DNA of 63,996 nt from Octopus bimaculoides (lineage: Eukaryota): NCBI RefSeq assembly GCF_001194135.2, contig NC_068984.1, positions 67,904,886 to 67,968,881 on the forward strand. Reading direction: 5' to 3'. The notes beneath the pieces are model-generated. The model worked only from the letters and a program-made list of their open reading frames with translations, was not told the DNA's origin and made no database searches. Shown piece after piece: positions 51,880 through 63,996 of the stretch. Within the stretch, counting starts at the first letter, position 1. The number at the start of each line of letters is the position of its first letter. Position numbers and translations under genes: made by a program.

Positions 51880-54358
51880 AACAAAAGCATTGTCACAATT
51901 TAAACTTGAGAAAAGTTAATGTATTTTTATTGTTCTACTTACAGATTGTGTGGAGGCGCAATGGCCCAGTGGTTAGGGCAGCGGACTCGCGGTCATAGGA
52001 TCGTGGTTTCGATTCCCAGATCGAGCGTTGTGAGTGTTTATTGAGCGAAAACCCCTAAAGCTCCACGGGGCTCCGGCAGGGGATGGTGGCGAACCCTGCT
52101 GTACTCTTTCTCTCACTCTTTCTTCCTGTTTCTGCTATGCTTGTAATTCAAAGGGTCAGCCTTGTCACACTGTGTCACGCTGAATATCCACGTGTCTGTG
52201 GAGTGCTCAGCCACTTGCACGTTAATTTCACGAGCAGGCTGTTCAGTTGGTCGGATCAACTGGAGNNNNNNNNNNAGCGGACTCGCGGTCATAGGATCGT
52301 GGTTTCGATTCCCAGATCGAGCGTTGTGAGTGTTTATTGAGCGAAAACCCCTAAAGCTCCACGGGGCTCCGGCAGGGGATGGTGGCGAACCCTGCTGTAC
52401 TCTTTCTCTCACTCTTTCTTCCTGTTTCTGCTATGCTTGTAATTCAAAGGGTCAGCCTTGTCACACTGTGTCACGCTGAATATCCACGTGTCTGTGGAGT
52501 GCTCAGCCACTTGCACGTTAATTTCACGAGCAGGCTGTTCAGTTGGTCGGATCAACTGGAGCCCTCGACGTCGTAAGCGACGGAGTGCCAACAACAACTT
52601 ACAGATTGTATTTGTAATGTTGATTTCTTTTTTTGAAAGCCCATGCTTTACTAAACTGCCAATTAGGCATTTACTCACAAAACTAATTGCCCTAATTATT
52701 ATTGGTATAAATGTGAATTTATTATCTGGATATAGATGCTGGAAGTTTTGAAGCAGTTGTCCATAGTTTTCCTCTTTCTCTTTGATTTGTAAAGAGATAT
52801 TCACCTCAGCAGAACAGCTGACCTCTATGACAGTACATACTTTTTCTTGTCAATCGCAAACAACATCTGGCCTGTTATGTTTACACCTGACAGATGTTTT
52901 GATAGGAATGTTCCAATTGTATTCCTTGTCTTGATGTTTGTGTACATGTTCAATAATAGTGGAGTCATCTATATTCATTCCAGAACAGTCTTTTCTTTTT
53001 CTAAATGACACTGTATATTGTTTACACAACAACGCCATTTCGTATAAGGTGGTGGTACCTTGATGACATTTTTGGGAAGTTGCTAATCATGTTTGATGAC
53101 ATCCACAGAAATAGAACAGTCTACATTATCAGTTGCATCTTGGAGCCCCAAAGGCTTCTCTCTTTTGTTTATTAAGTATTTCGTAGCAATCTCCTGTTCT
53201 TGGATTGCGAATGTGTATAACCTTCGAAGCGTGATGTGATGTTGCGACTACGAGTTCAAAAGATGTTGCTCTTCATGTCAATATGGCTGTCTTCAAGGGG
53301 TTTATAGGGGGTCTATACCCATGCATAGACCCCCTACTTTTTTTGGTATGCTGAGCGTTTCACATACAGGTCATCTTAGAGGTATATTAGTTAAACTACA
53401 TGGGGGGGGGGGTTATGGGAGATAATCAGGAAGTGGGTGCTTCTTGAGGCACTTGCTGTCCACGCATAGGATAGCATTCTCTTCACTTTTCATCACTAAG
53501 TTAATGTATTAACTTTTGCTGCTGTTGCTTAGGAAGTCCTATTTAAGAGAGACTATACAATATTTGAACGCTGTCTGTACAGATCTCAAGCCTCGTTCTC
53601 CTTCATTGCTTCTTAGATAGAGCCAATCAATATCATTATTTCTATGGAGATTTCCAGTTGATGTCATCATATTACTAGTTTTAACGTCTATGGACTGAAT
53701 TTCCTCTACATGTAGTCAAGTATCCCAAATGTCGGTATCGACACAGGTAATGTAAATAAGTGGGATATTGTCTTGTAAAAGGCGAGCTCCAATAGCCATA
53801 TTTTTCTAAGTCTGGTATAATATTTTTTCTTTATTTACAGTACCTTCGTATGATATATTTTCATCAATACCCAGGTACTTGTATCATTCTTTGCATTGGA
53901 CAGGAAGGCTAGTTAGACCATTGATGCACAGGTTTAGGGTATGATTTTCCTCGCTCAACAGTCAAATATAAACATTTCATTTAGCCAAATTCAATTCCTA
54001 TATCATCTGAAAATACTGTTAATCCCAGCTGTTTCTTTTTTTTTGTCTGGCATTGCTAACATTTTTGGCATAAACCTTGAGGTCATCTACAAAGAAATTA
54101 TGGGTTACATTAATATCACTTGCATTTGCCGGTCCTAGCATGTAGCCATTTGGTTTTGTAGCAGAAATAAGGGATTTAATGCTAAAATGAACAGGGTGAC
54201 AGAAAGACTATCTCTTTGGAATAATTCCTTTGAAAAATTTATAACATTGGAGACAATTGTTCCGCTTTTACTTCTAAGTGTAAGAATTGTTGCTCAGGTC
54301 TTTGTGAGCCTCTCAATGGCAGCAATTAAGGTAGCATCTGAATCTCTCAAAGGCAGTA
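51880..54358 (-). mobile_element. Decayed R4/Dong-like non-LTR retrotransposon (RT + zinc knuckle + restriction-like endonuclease), 5'-truncated
   Basis: Minus strand in order: LFQRDSLSVTLFILALNPL, THNFFVDDLKVYA, FSDDIGIEFG.KC, HRNNDIDWLYLRSNEGERGL, ITSRFEGY/FAIQEQEIATKYL, FPKMSSRY, WNIPIKTSVRCKHNRPDVV, EKEENYGQL, FTFIPIIIRAI. Many stops and frameshifts. Confidence 0.92.
51950..52596 (+). mobile_element. tRNA-derived SINE family D inserted into the R4-like LINE, 13-bp TSD, (CAA)n tail
   Basis: A box tggcccagtgg, B box gtttcgattcc; TSD acttacagattgt at 51937-51949 and 52597-52609; sequence appears twice across a 10-N gap at 52266-52275. Confidence 0.9.
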
Positions 54359-54403
54359 ACATACATACATATATATATAACATGTATGTGTGTGTGTGTG
54401 CGT

Positions 54404-54407
<4 letters not shown>

Positions 54408-54483
<76 letters not shown>
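54408..54483. repeat. (GA)n microsatellite
   Basis: Directly visible. Confidence 0.95.
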
Positions 54484-54486
<3 letters not shown>

Positions 54487-54649
54487 TGTGTGTGTGTGTA
54501 TGTTTGGAATATATTTGATTATGAATACCAACCAACAAGATGGCAAAGGAAAATACGTTCGGATGTTGTTTAACTTACAAACATGTGACAACAGAATGTG
54601 AAAATCAAATTCAGAATTATCTATATTTGAATTCAAATGAGACATATCT

Positions 54650-55539
54650 AAATCTTGCTGATTAATATATTCTAGGCCAGTGATGGGCAATCTGTAGCCC
54701 GTGGAACTTACTGAATAGCACGCTTAGCAAAATATTACCTTGAATTTTTCTTGTTGTGCAGTCCGCCTAATAATACGTCATATCTCATATGGCTCACTTC
54801 TCGACAAACGTTACCTTCTGTCTGTTCTAGACCTTTCGTGTTACAGTCTTTATCACTACAGGGATCCATCCTATACGTGATTGCTAGAATTACTAAGAGT
54901 AATAGTCAAATCTTTTTCAAATCACACGCTCCTATCTTAAATCATGTAAAATGAAAATAAAAAACGTATTAAATAATCTAGACCTATGTAGTTCTAAAAT
55001 GTAGGCTGTGCTCAGGTTGTGTATCCATGCTCATCCAATTCCTTTGATCTTGATCAAGATTAGGCTAGGGTTGATCCACAACAACAATTCCTTATATCTT
55101 AAACAAAATAAACAAGAAGAATATCACGTGAACTGTTTTGCCTGAAACACAGTAAGAAAATTAGAACTCGTGAAGAAACGTCGTGACCGAGACTGCATGA
55201 CCGAGACAGGAACTGAAATTGTTTGTGCGTGTCTCTTGTATTTAGTAACATAGTATTTAATCTATGAAATGCAAATATTTTCCTCTTTCAGACTGAAAAA
55301 GAAACTAACTGAAAAGAAATATTTCTGTAGTTAATCTATTTAGGGCAAACTGAATGAAGACAACAGATTATAAAAGACTTTTTCAGATACATTAACATAA
55401 TTGGTTTTACATACACACATACATACACACATACATACATATATTCATATATGTGGATGTGTGTGGGTATGTATTTGTATATCCATTTGCTTATTTCTGC
55501 GTGTGCATTGTGATACACAGACAGACAGACAGATAGACC

Positions 55540-55582
<43 letters not shown>

Positions 55583-55712
55583 GACGTATTATTAGGCGGG
55601 CTGCACAACAAGAAAAATTCAAGGTATTATTTTGCTAAGCGTGCCATTCAGTAAGTTCCACGGGCTACAGATTGCCCATCACTGGCCTAGAATATATTAA
55701 TCAGCAAGATTT
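54650..55712. repeat. 132-bp inverted repeat pair (54650-54781 and 55581-55712) around an about 800-bp spacer
   Basis: Arms differ at 3 positions by eye; each contains cagtgatgggcaa, a hAT-like terminus. Confidence 0.92.
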
Positions 55713-55874
55713 GTGTCCATAAAAATTATATTTTCTTCTTTTTATTACAATTTTTTTACAAATTGTTTATACTGTTATTCCTATTTTGTTGTGAATATCA
55801 TTATACAGACGCGCGCGCACATGTGTATATCTATCTATCTATCTAATCTATCTATCTATTTATTTATCTATCTA

Positions 55875-55909
<35 letters not shown>

Positions 55910-56513
55910 NNNNNNNNNNNNNNNNNNNNNNNNNNNNNNNNNNNNNNNNNNNNNNNNNNNNNNNNNNNNNNNNNNNNNNNNNNNNNNNNNNNNNNNNNNN
56001 NCCCTACCCCTAACAGATAATGCCCTTTAATTTCTCAGCCTTAGATATACAAGGTTTGATAAACTAGTCTATAAATTAAAACTGACCCCATAAAAGAAAA
56101 CAAATAAAATCAGTGGCAGGCAGAGTCTTCTTGACAATTTATTTATTTACTTCTATGTTGTAGTGGAGACATGTTCTTTGTCTATCTCCTTAACTTCTTG
56201 GAGATTTTAGGTATTATTATACTAATGTATCCATCTGTTCTAATTTAATTAAATTCTATGTCTTTGTACAGCTGAGGATTGCTCTGCATTTTAAATTGAT
56301 GTAATGATTACATTGTTCAATTAAATGGAGTTGCATGAAACGATCGTACTGCATTACCTCTGGATATCCTTGTTGCTTATTTTGATTTTAATCACCTTAC
56401 TTTGAAATTGTATGGATAATACCGTACGAAATTATGTTGCCTCAACTTAAGTACCATATTCACCTGAATCTATCTATCTATCTATCTATCTACCTATATA
56501 TATATATACACAC

Positions 56514-57015
56514 GATGGGCTTCTTTCATTTTCTGTCTAATAAATCCACTCACAAGGCTTTGGTTAGCCTGAGATTATTGTAGAAGACACTTACCCAAGG
56601 TGCCAGACAGTCGGACTGAACCCAGAACGAAGCTTCTTACGCCAATATATATATATATATATATTATCTCTTCTATATCTTTTACGTTTCAGTCATTGGA
56701 CAGCGGCCATGCTTGGGCATTGCATCGAAGGGTTTTAGTCGAATGAACCGCTAAGTTATGGGGACGATAACAAACCAGCATCGTTTGTCAAGCGGTGGTG
56801 TGTGACGAGCACAAACACGAGGACACACACACACACAAACATGCGTACATACAAATATAAATACACCAGACTTTCTCTAGTTTCTGTCTATCAAATCCAC
56901 TCACAAAATTTTTGTTGAGCTGGAGCTATAGTAGAAGACACTTGTACAAGGTATCACACAGTGGGACTGAAATGAGAACCATGTGGTTGAGAATGAAACT
57001 TTTTACCACCCAACC
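56514..57015 (-). mobile_element. Two tandem SINE family A copies (5' half at 56514-56640; near-complete at about 56665-57015)
   Basis: aaatccactcacaa...tagtagaagacactt occurs twice in the same orientation. Confidence 0.8.
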
Positions 57016-57499
57016 ATGCTTTATTATGTTTTAGGAAAAGAACGTTACAAAAAATAACATAATATATATTGTTATACTTGGGGATGGTCATATTTTTGCC
57101 AATGAAACTCATGCACTACTTATTTGATCTTCTCTTTAGTTTTTATTCCTATTATTTTTAGCTTCTACGTGTGTCAAATTTCTTTCGTCATTCATTTTGT
57201 GACCTCTCCAGTGACTCTCAGTCTCGTGTGTCTCCTCTTGTCCTTCTCTGGTGTGCATCTCTATTTATGCATTCTCTTCCGTCTGTGTGTGTTTGTCTGT
57301 CCCGTGTGTGTGCATATGGATTTGTAAATTACATTGTACCCATGTCTTTTATTTATTTATTCGTTTTCTCATTCTGTTTTTTTTTCTTTTTGTATGCGAT
57401 GCGTATGTGTGTCTTGTGTGCATGTATAAATGTTTCAGAATATTCATTGTCCTAAAAATAGTGCAATATAACAGTAATTCATTTCCCTTTTTCTGGGCA

Positions 57500-57900
57500 T
57501 GCCTAACTCAACTATGCGGAGTAGCCTGTTGGCTGAAAGTATGAGCAGCGGGGCAGTAGAGCAGCTATGCAGAAGTCCTTGAGCCATGGCAGCCAGCGGG
57601 GATGGGGTGAGATAGGGGAAGGCTAATAAATGCAGTGAAGTGTTGGGAGAAAGTTATAGTGAAGTGTGAAAGAGGGATAGTATGAGGACTTGATGAGATG
57701 TACATTAAATGCTCACGTGTTCTCAACTGACGTTGGTCGGCTGGTTTTCAATTACAGTAAAGAGACTGTAAATAGACTTTGAAGTCTATCCTGTTGATTA
57801 GACTGCACAGTCATTCCTTGATTTGATACCCTTCACACCGAGGGTTTTCTCTCCCATTTCTTTAAATGTATACTTATATATTTGTACAAAATAAATTTAG
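57500..57900 (+). other. G-rich non-microsatellite segment, possibly a solo LTR or other repeat
   Basis: Sharp compositional change; attaaa about 45 nt before a ttaca end at 57755; no TSD or second copy found. Confidence 0.3.
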
Positions 57901-58568
57901 TATTTAGAAAAACAATATGAAAATAGATTGCATCTTAAATGCTATTTGTATGAGTTTTTTGGGATGCAAGCGTAAGACGATGCATCGAGCTAAGCCCATG
58001 TACATCAAACAGTTAGTTAAGCCATTTGATGAGTAGAGATCAATAAAATATTATCAAGCTTAAATAGATATTCAGGTCGATATGAATGATTAAAACTCTG
58101 TAGTAAACAGTGCTCCAGCGCGAAGGCAATCCAATGACTGATATAAGCAACAGTATAAAAGAATATATATCAATACAAGACTTATAAACATACGCAAACA
58201 CACACATAAATGAGTGTGTGTAAATATGTATGTATTTATCTATGCGTGTTAATACATCACTTATAAAATACAAGGCTTAAATTCTGTAAATAGTGTTATA
58301 CATTGGCACCAAAGACTAGAAATTCTAAAAACTTCGTAATAAGAAGGCAAACAAAAAAAATTAAATATGTATAATCTGTACATCTTTATTCCTTAATTTT
58401 AAATACAGATTTCTAATCCCGCCAAATATTATGAAGAAATGATTATCTATTTTGCGCAATTATGTTGGAGATTCTACAAATTATGTATGTTTTTTTTAAT
58501 GTTACGCTCTAAATATCTCTACTGCAAATTTTTACATCGAGCACTTACATAATAAATATAGCAATTTA

Positions 58569-58629
58569 TTCTGTTGTGTCTGGAGAAGGTCACTTTCTTT
58601 TTGCGCCACACTCCCCAGACACAACAGAA
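58569..58629 (-). ncRNA. Candidate pre-miRNA-like hairpin (unvalidated)
   Basis: 15 perfect base pairs extended to about 25 bp with G-U pairs on the minus strand; 11-nt loop. Confidence 0.35.
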
Positions 58630-58923
58630 CATGCTTCAACACACAAACTCACATAAAGAATCTTGCAAACCAAATCCAAAAATGAAATATAACGATTTAT
58701 ATTTTTCAAGAAATGCTGTTCCCTCATCATAAATAGTTTCATAGTAACTAGTTACTGGATGGGTTTCGTTGTATAGGATACAAAATGTCATAAATACTTC
58801 ATAGAACGTAAAGAAAACTTGTTGAAAATTTATTATTGAGCTGAGCTGTAATCGTTTAAAAATTTTAACATCGTTTTCTGAAAAGGAGGTGTTATTTTTT
58901 CTTACTTCACACCAGGCCTGAAT

Positions 58924-59269
58924 CTGCTAAGGATCAAGGGAAATGTATTCGAAATCGCAGACAGTGTGCATGTATATATGAATGTGTATGTACGTATGTG
59001 CCATGTGTGTATCTTTACATGCATATTTTTATATATTTATGGATATGTATTTTAAGAGAATATATATCTATATTACGGTCATTAAACTGCCCCTGCTAAG
59101 AATCAGGGGAAATAAATTCGAAATCTCATACTGTGTGCATATGTATATGACTGTGTATGTACGTATGTGTCATGTGTGTGTGTGTGTGTCTTATATGTGT
59201 ATCTTTATGTATTTATGGATATGTATTTTAAGAGAATAGATATCCATTTTTACAGTCACTGAACTGCCT
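58924..59269. repeat. Diverged tandem dimer, units of 169 and 177 bp
   Basis: ctgctaag.atca.gggaaat..attcgaaatc ... atttatggatatgtattttaagagaata ... aactgcc occurs at 58924 and 59093. Confidence 0.85.
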
Positions 59270-60440
59270 CTGCACTGGGGTACTGCTTTGCAAAGGGTTT
59301 TAACCAATCATACCAATTTCAATATTTAGTTAAGCCTGATATATATTCTATTGATTTCTAAATATCGAATGCGTTGGTTAACTTTTTGATGTAAAGAGCC
59401 TGATATATCGTTTTACACCACCACCCATAATCTCATAGAAAACAGAATTAAAAATGCAGTCTCATAATTCCAATCATTATGGTACTACATTCATGTTGAA
59501 TCTGCTTCATTATTATAGATCGATTGAACTATTTCAGCTATAAACTGTGAATATATCTGCATTTCTTAGATAATGTGAATTTATACAAGCCTATGTTTCT
59601 CATATTTTAAAGATAATATAGCATACTAAAGAAATTTACTTTTAAACAATGCAAAAATATGTGAAAAGTATTTGATTATATGTAGTGATCCAAAGCAAAT
59701 ATTTGACACCCTGTTATCTGCAGTTCTAATTAATAAATATTGTAATTAAAACGAGAGACCTAATTTATATTGTATATTATGATTTTCTAAAAGCTATAAA
59801 GCATCAACAATGCATGCTATTGAACCCAAAATTGTTTTTCTTCCAAAGAAAACAATGATGGTCTTGAAGAACAACAAGGCATGCCAGTAATCAAGTGGGT
59901 ATTAACACAAAGAGAAACAAGAGACAAAAAAAATAAGAGGCACCAAATATTTCAACACAATAATCAAATATCCATGTTGTTGATAGTGTTATATTAGATG
60001 GTTGAATAGAAACAATGGAATCACACTATTAAACTTGTTTAATTAACTGGCATCCTACCATACACTATGTAATATTTAAAGAGCAGTACAATCAAATTAT
60101 TGTCTACACTGATACTGCTGACTAAACAGACCAATTAATTTAGCTTGATTAAATTCTCTGTGCGTATGTATGNNNNNNNNNNNNNNNNNNNNNNNNNNNN
60201 NNNNNNNNNNNNNNNNNNNNNNNNNNNNNNNNNNNNNNNNNNNNNNNNNNNNNNNNNNNNNNNNNNNNNNNNNNNNNNNNNNNNNNNNNNNNNNNNNNNN
60301 NNNNNNNNNNNNNNNNNNNNNNNNNNNNNNNNNNNNNNNNNNNNNNNNNNNNNNNNNNNNNNNNNNNNNNNNNNNNNNNNNNNNNNNNNNNNNNNNNNNN
60401 NNNNNNNNNNNNNNNNNNNNNNNNNNNNNNNNNNNNNNNN

Positions 60441-60472
<32 letters not shown>

Positions 60473-60588
60473 CATACATACATATATATATATACATATA
60501 TATATACATGCACACACACACACACACATATATATGCATACACACATCATACATCCATACATATATATACAGACATATGTATACACAC

Positions 60589-60641
<53 letters not shown>

Positions 60642-61265
60642 ATTGTAGAACAGTAGGTATGTCACATGACTCATTTGGCAAAGGAAATTACCTTGTTTGT
60701 ATGATGCCATTTACTGATGTGCAATTTAGAGCCTGCAGGCTGATTTCTCTCTTTGATTTCAAAGTAGGTAATTGCTAATGTGTTTATTCTGCTGACTACA
60801 TATACTAAATGATTTTATTTTCATGAAGCACTACACGTTTTCAAACATAGATTAATTATACATACAGTTAAATTATACATGCAGTTCTATCTTATGCACA
60901 TAAATTTACCTCTATGGATGATTGATGAATATACGATTTTTCATTTCAAAATTAAGTAACTATTGCTGAAATGTTTTTAAATAATACATTAGATATTGAT
61001 TTAAATTAAGATATGAGCTGTATAAATTAATGTGTAAAATGCTATCTTCATTCTCTTTCTACCCGCACACAGACATAGATATTATGTGGGAGGAAATGAG
61101 CACACATAGTGCATATGTGCATATATATGTATTTGTGTGTGTGTGTGTGTGTGTGTGCATGTATATATGTCTATACAATTATATGATTAATATATATATG
61201 GTCTTGTTGTTGATACACATGCACACACAAACACAAAGAAAGTGAAAGATATGTACAGAGGTGGA

Positions 61266-61329
<64 letters not shown>

Positions 61330-62689
61330 TTGAAGAAATTGGAACTATATAACACTATTGGATAGTACTGGCCAATTCTGAAACTCAACGAGCTTTATAC
61401 TGTACTCTACCACATTCCTAACGGAATATACCATAACTATATACACACACACACCCACGCACACACACACACACCCACGCACACACACACACACATATAT
61501 ATACACACACACATATATACACAGACACATATATATACACACAGACACACACATCTATATATATACATACATACACACGCATATCTATATGCACGCACAT
61601 ATAAATGCATGCAGTGAAAAATGCATTATTACTATCAGTACGTATATTTAATTTATGATGTATTTACTTTGTAAGTTACAGTTAGTATACCATGCCCAAT
61701 AGCCTGATTTTCCCGTTAGCAGACCCTTTATTAACAAGAATCCTAAGAATCAACCATGGTTTACTAAACATGACTTACATAAATGATAACATACACTCTA
61801 AGTCCACTAGCACTGCAAACTTTTTCTTGTATTGATCACCAATACCACATGCACACACATCTTTCTCTCCTACACACACACTCACTCACTCACACACACA
61901 CACACATATCACTGGTTAGCATGTAATGTCTTTCCTTCATTTATCTGCCGCTGCACTTTATTAATTCTTTGTTTAAATTAGGAATAATCACTCAGTAAGA
62001 TCCTCAAATGATTAATCCTACAGCACATGTAGCTAAATACACAATCTTGCTTTCATGGATTTTACATCTTGAAACATGCAAGTAAAAATATACATGTTAC
62101 ACTTACATTTTGAAACTATGTTTAGGATAATGCATGACACGGTTTTCAGGTTTTCAACTGCATTGCTCAGTCTGCACACTCTGTGCACCCCAGGTGGTGC
62201 CATGAGATTCCGAGCTAGCATATTTTTGTTTATACCCAGTATATTCAGGACTACATTATATGTTGAAAGATGAACTCAGAAAATACAGAGCAGGAACATT
62301 TACCACAAGGTACTTGCCCAAAGCTCAACAGCTTCAGCCAATCAACTGCTTACACATATACCTGCACATACATACAGACATATATGAGCATAAGTCAATA
62401 TATATATATGTATATATATATGTATTCATTTTATATTTTAAGAATATTTAAATGTATATTTATTTATTTATTTATGTGTTTCAGCCAAGTGGCTGCGGTC
62501 ATGCTGGTGCACCAGTATATATATTAATGATTATGTTTGCGTTATGTATAGATGTTACATATAAATATATTTCAACATTTAACTGAAGAATTACTAAATA
62601 CTTTTTACTTTTTAGTAGTTAGTAGGACCTTTGAATTTTTTCACTTATATGTGTGTACATATATATACATACATACATACATACATACG

Positions 62690-62723
<34 letters not shown>

Positions 62724-62740
62724 TGTATGTATGTCTACAT

Positions 62741-62905
62741 GAGTGGTTGGCGTTAGGAAGGGCATCCAGCTGTAGAAACTCTGCCAAACTTAGTTTGGAG
62801 CCTGGTGTTGCCATCCGGTTTCACCAGTCCTCAGTCAAATAGTCCAACCCATGCTAGCATGGAAAGCAGACGTTAAACGATGATGATGATGATGATGATG
62901 ATGAT
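62741..62905 (+). mobile_element. RTE-associated short repeat (family C) with (GAT)n tail
   Basis: gagtggttggcgttaggaagggcatccagc ... aacccatgctagcatggaaagcagacgttaaacgatgatgatg; shares 3' end with the RTE fragment at 63535. Confidence 0.8.
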
Positions 62906-62909
62906 AGAT

Positions 62910-63085
62910 CGCTAGCCACTAAGCCTTTTTCTATTTTCTCTCTCTGTTTATTTCTGTGATCCTTTCTGTCAAAGAGCTTAGGCTCAAAACATAAAAGACT
63001 TTCTCACTTCCCAAGCGTTAAAGTAATACATCTGTTTGTTGTTTACACACCTGTCTTCATCATTTGTTTTTTTGTAAATTCTCAC
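62910..63085 (+). mobile_element. Short repeat with a decayed hammerhead-like core
   Basis: cttt CTGTCAAAGAG cttagg CTC AAAACATA aaag; see findings. Confidence 0.4.
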
Positions 63086-63534
63086 TCTATCTATATATAT
63101 ATACATATATATATACATGTTAAATTGAGTTAATATTGCAATGCTACTTCTTATTTTATTGAGATCACAATGCTCAAAGCAAAACTGAGCCAACCGGTAT
63201 GAGTGAAAAATGTATAGCATGTCATTTAACCTGTCACTCTATTATTCCTATTGTCCCACTGCAAATATATGCATAACACTACTTTCCAATATTATCCACA
63301 TGTCTACACATTTATAGTTATGATTAAAATCAATCACAATACAGTGACTGACACCAAAGCTTACAATGGAAATAAATGTGATGAGATTAACACAACTCTC
63401 TGCAGATGGAAATATCATTTCATATCGATATTAACATAGCACATTTGGTCAGTATTAAGAACTCTGGGTAATTTATTTATTGTTTGTTTTGCTTAATTTG
63501 TTAGTTTTTATTTATTATTTACTTATTCTAATTA

Positions 63535-63936
63535 CTGTGGAGGGAACCTGTGGAAGAGGTAGACTCAGGAAGACATGGGATGAGGTGGTGAAATATGATC
63601 GTTGGATCTTGAGTCTCAGAGAGGCGATGACAAGTGATTGAGATCATTGGTTATATGTTGTGCATGGGAAGACACTTTAAGCCAAGTGAAATCATAGATG
63701 TGGCCAGTGTTGGCGACAGGTAGAAGGCAACCATGCTTGTGACACATAAGAGGCACTTGTGCCAGTGACAAGTAAAATGCCCCCACAACACTCTTGGAGT
63801 GACTGGCATTAGGAAGGGCATTAGAAGCCATTAGAAGCCAAACCAAGTCAGATTGGAGCTCGGTACAGCTCTCTGGTTTACAAGCTCCAGTCAGACTGTC
63901 TAACCCATGCCAGCATGTAAAAAAGGACACATGATG

Positions 63937-63996
<60 letters not shown>
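63535..63996 (+). mobile_element. RTE-clade LINE 3' end with (GAT)n tail
   Basis: VEGTCGRGRLRKTWDEVVKYD matches the RTE C-terminal GRGRP.KTW motif; 3' UTR shared with family C; (GAT)n runs to the window end. Confidence 0.85.

Noticed and set aside
51952-52025. tRNA gene
   Set aside because: A and B boxes are present but it continues into a SINE body with tail and TSD; the same applies to the other SINE heads.
52276-52596. Genuine tandem SINE dimer
   Set aside because: The two copies look identical and are separated by a 10-N placeholder gap, typical of unmerged contig overlap; one TSD pair brackets both.
62150-62309. Plus-strand exon with in-frame TGA as a selenoprotein
   Set aside because: No redox motif or selenoprotein similarity and no SECIS evidence; single in-frame stops are common by chance.

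Overview
AT-rich, microsatellite-saturated eukaryotic DNA from a gapped draft assembly. The tRNA-derived SINE families and repeat landscape point to a coleoid cephalopod, most likely Octopus (inference). I cannot support any intact host protein-coding gene, rRNA, true tRNA or CRISPR array; nearly all ORFs in the supplied track come from microsatellites, N-gaps or decayed transposons. The window is mostly a transposon graveyard: many copies of at least four SINE families, two decayed mariner transposase remnants plus mariner-type MITEs, RTE-type LINE fragments, a ~2.5 kb decayed R4/Dong-like restriction-endonuclease LINE (minus strand, 51.9-54.4 kb) with a second 3' fragment at 5.5 kb, and Penelope-like remnants. 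The most interesting signals are: several unrelated short repeats that each carry a decayed minimal hammerhead-ribozyme core (one inside a 166-bp foldback); a 132-bp inverted duplication that includes a hAT-like end plus its flanking DNA; two pre-miRNA-like hairpins; LINE 3' ends embedded in (CATA)n; a minisatellite born inside a SINE; and an apparent CpG-poor right end with weak minus-strand exon candidates. All alignments and translations were done by eye.
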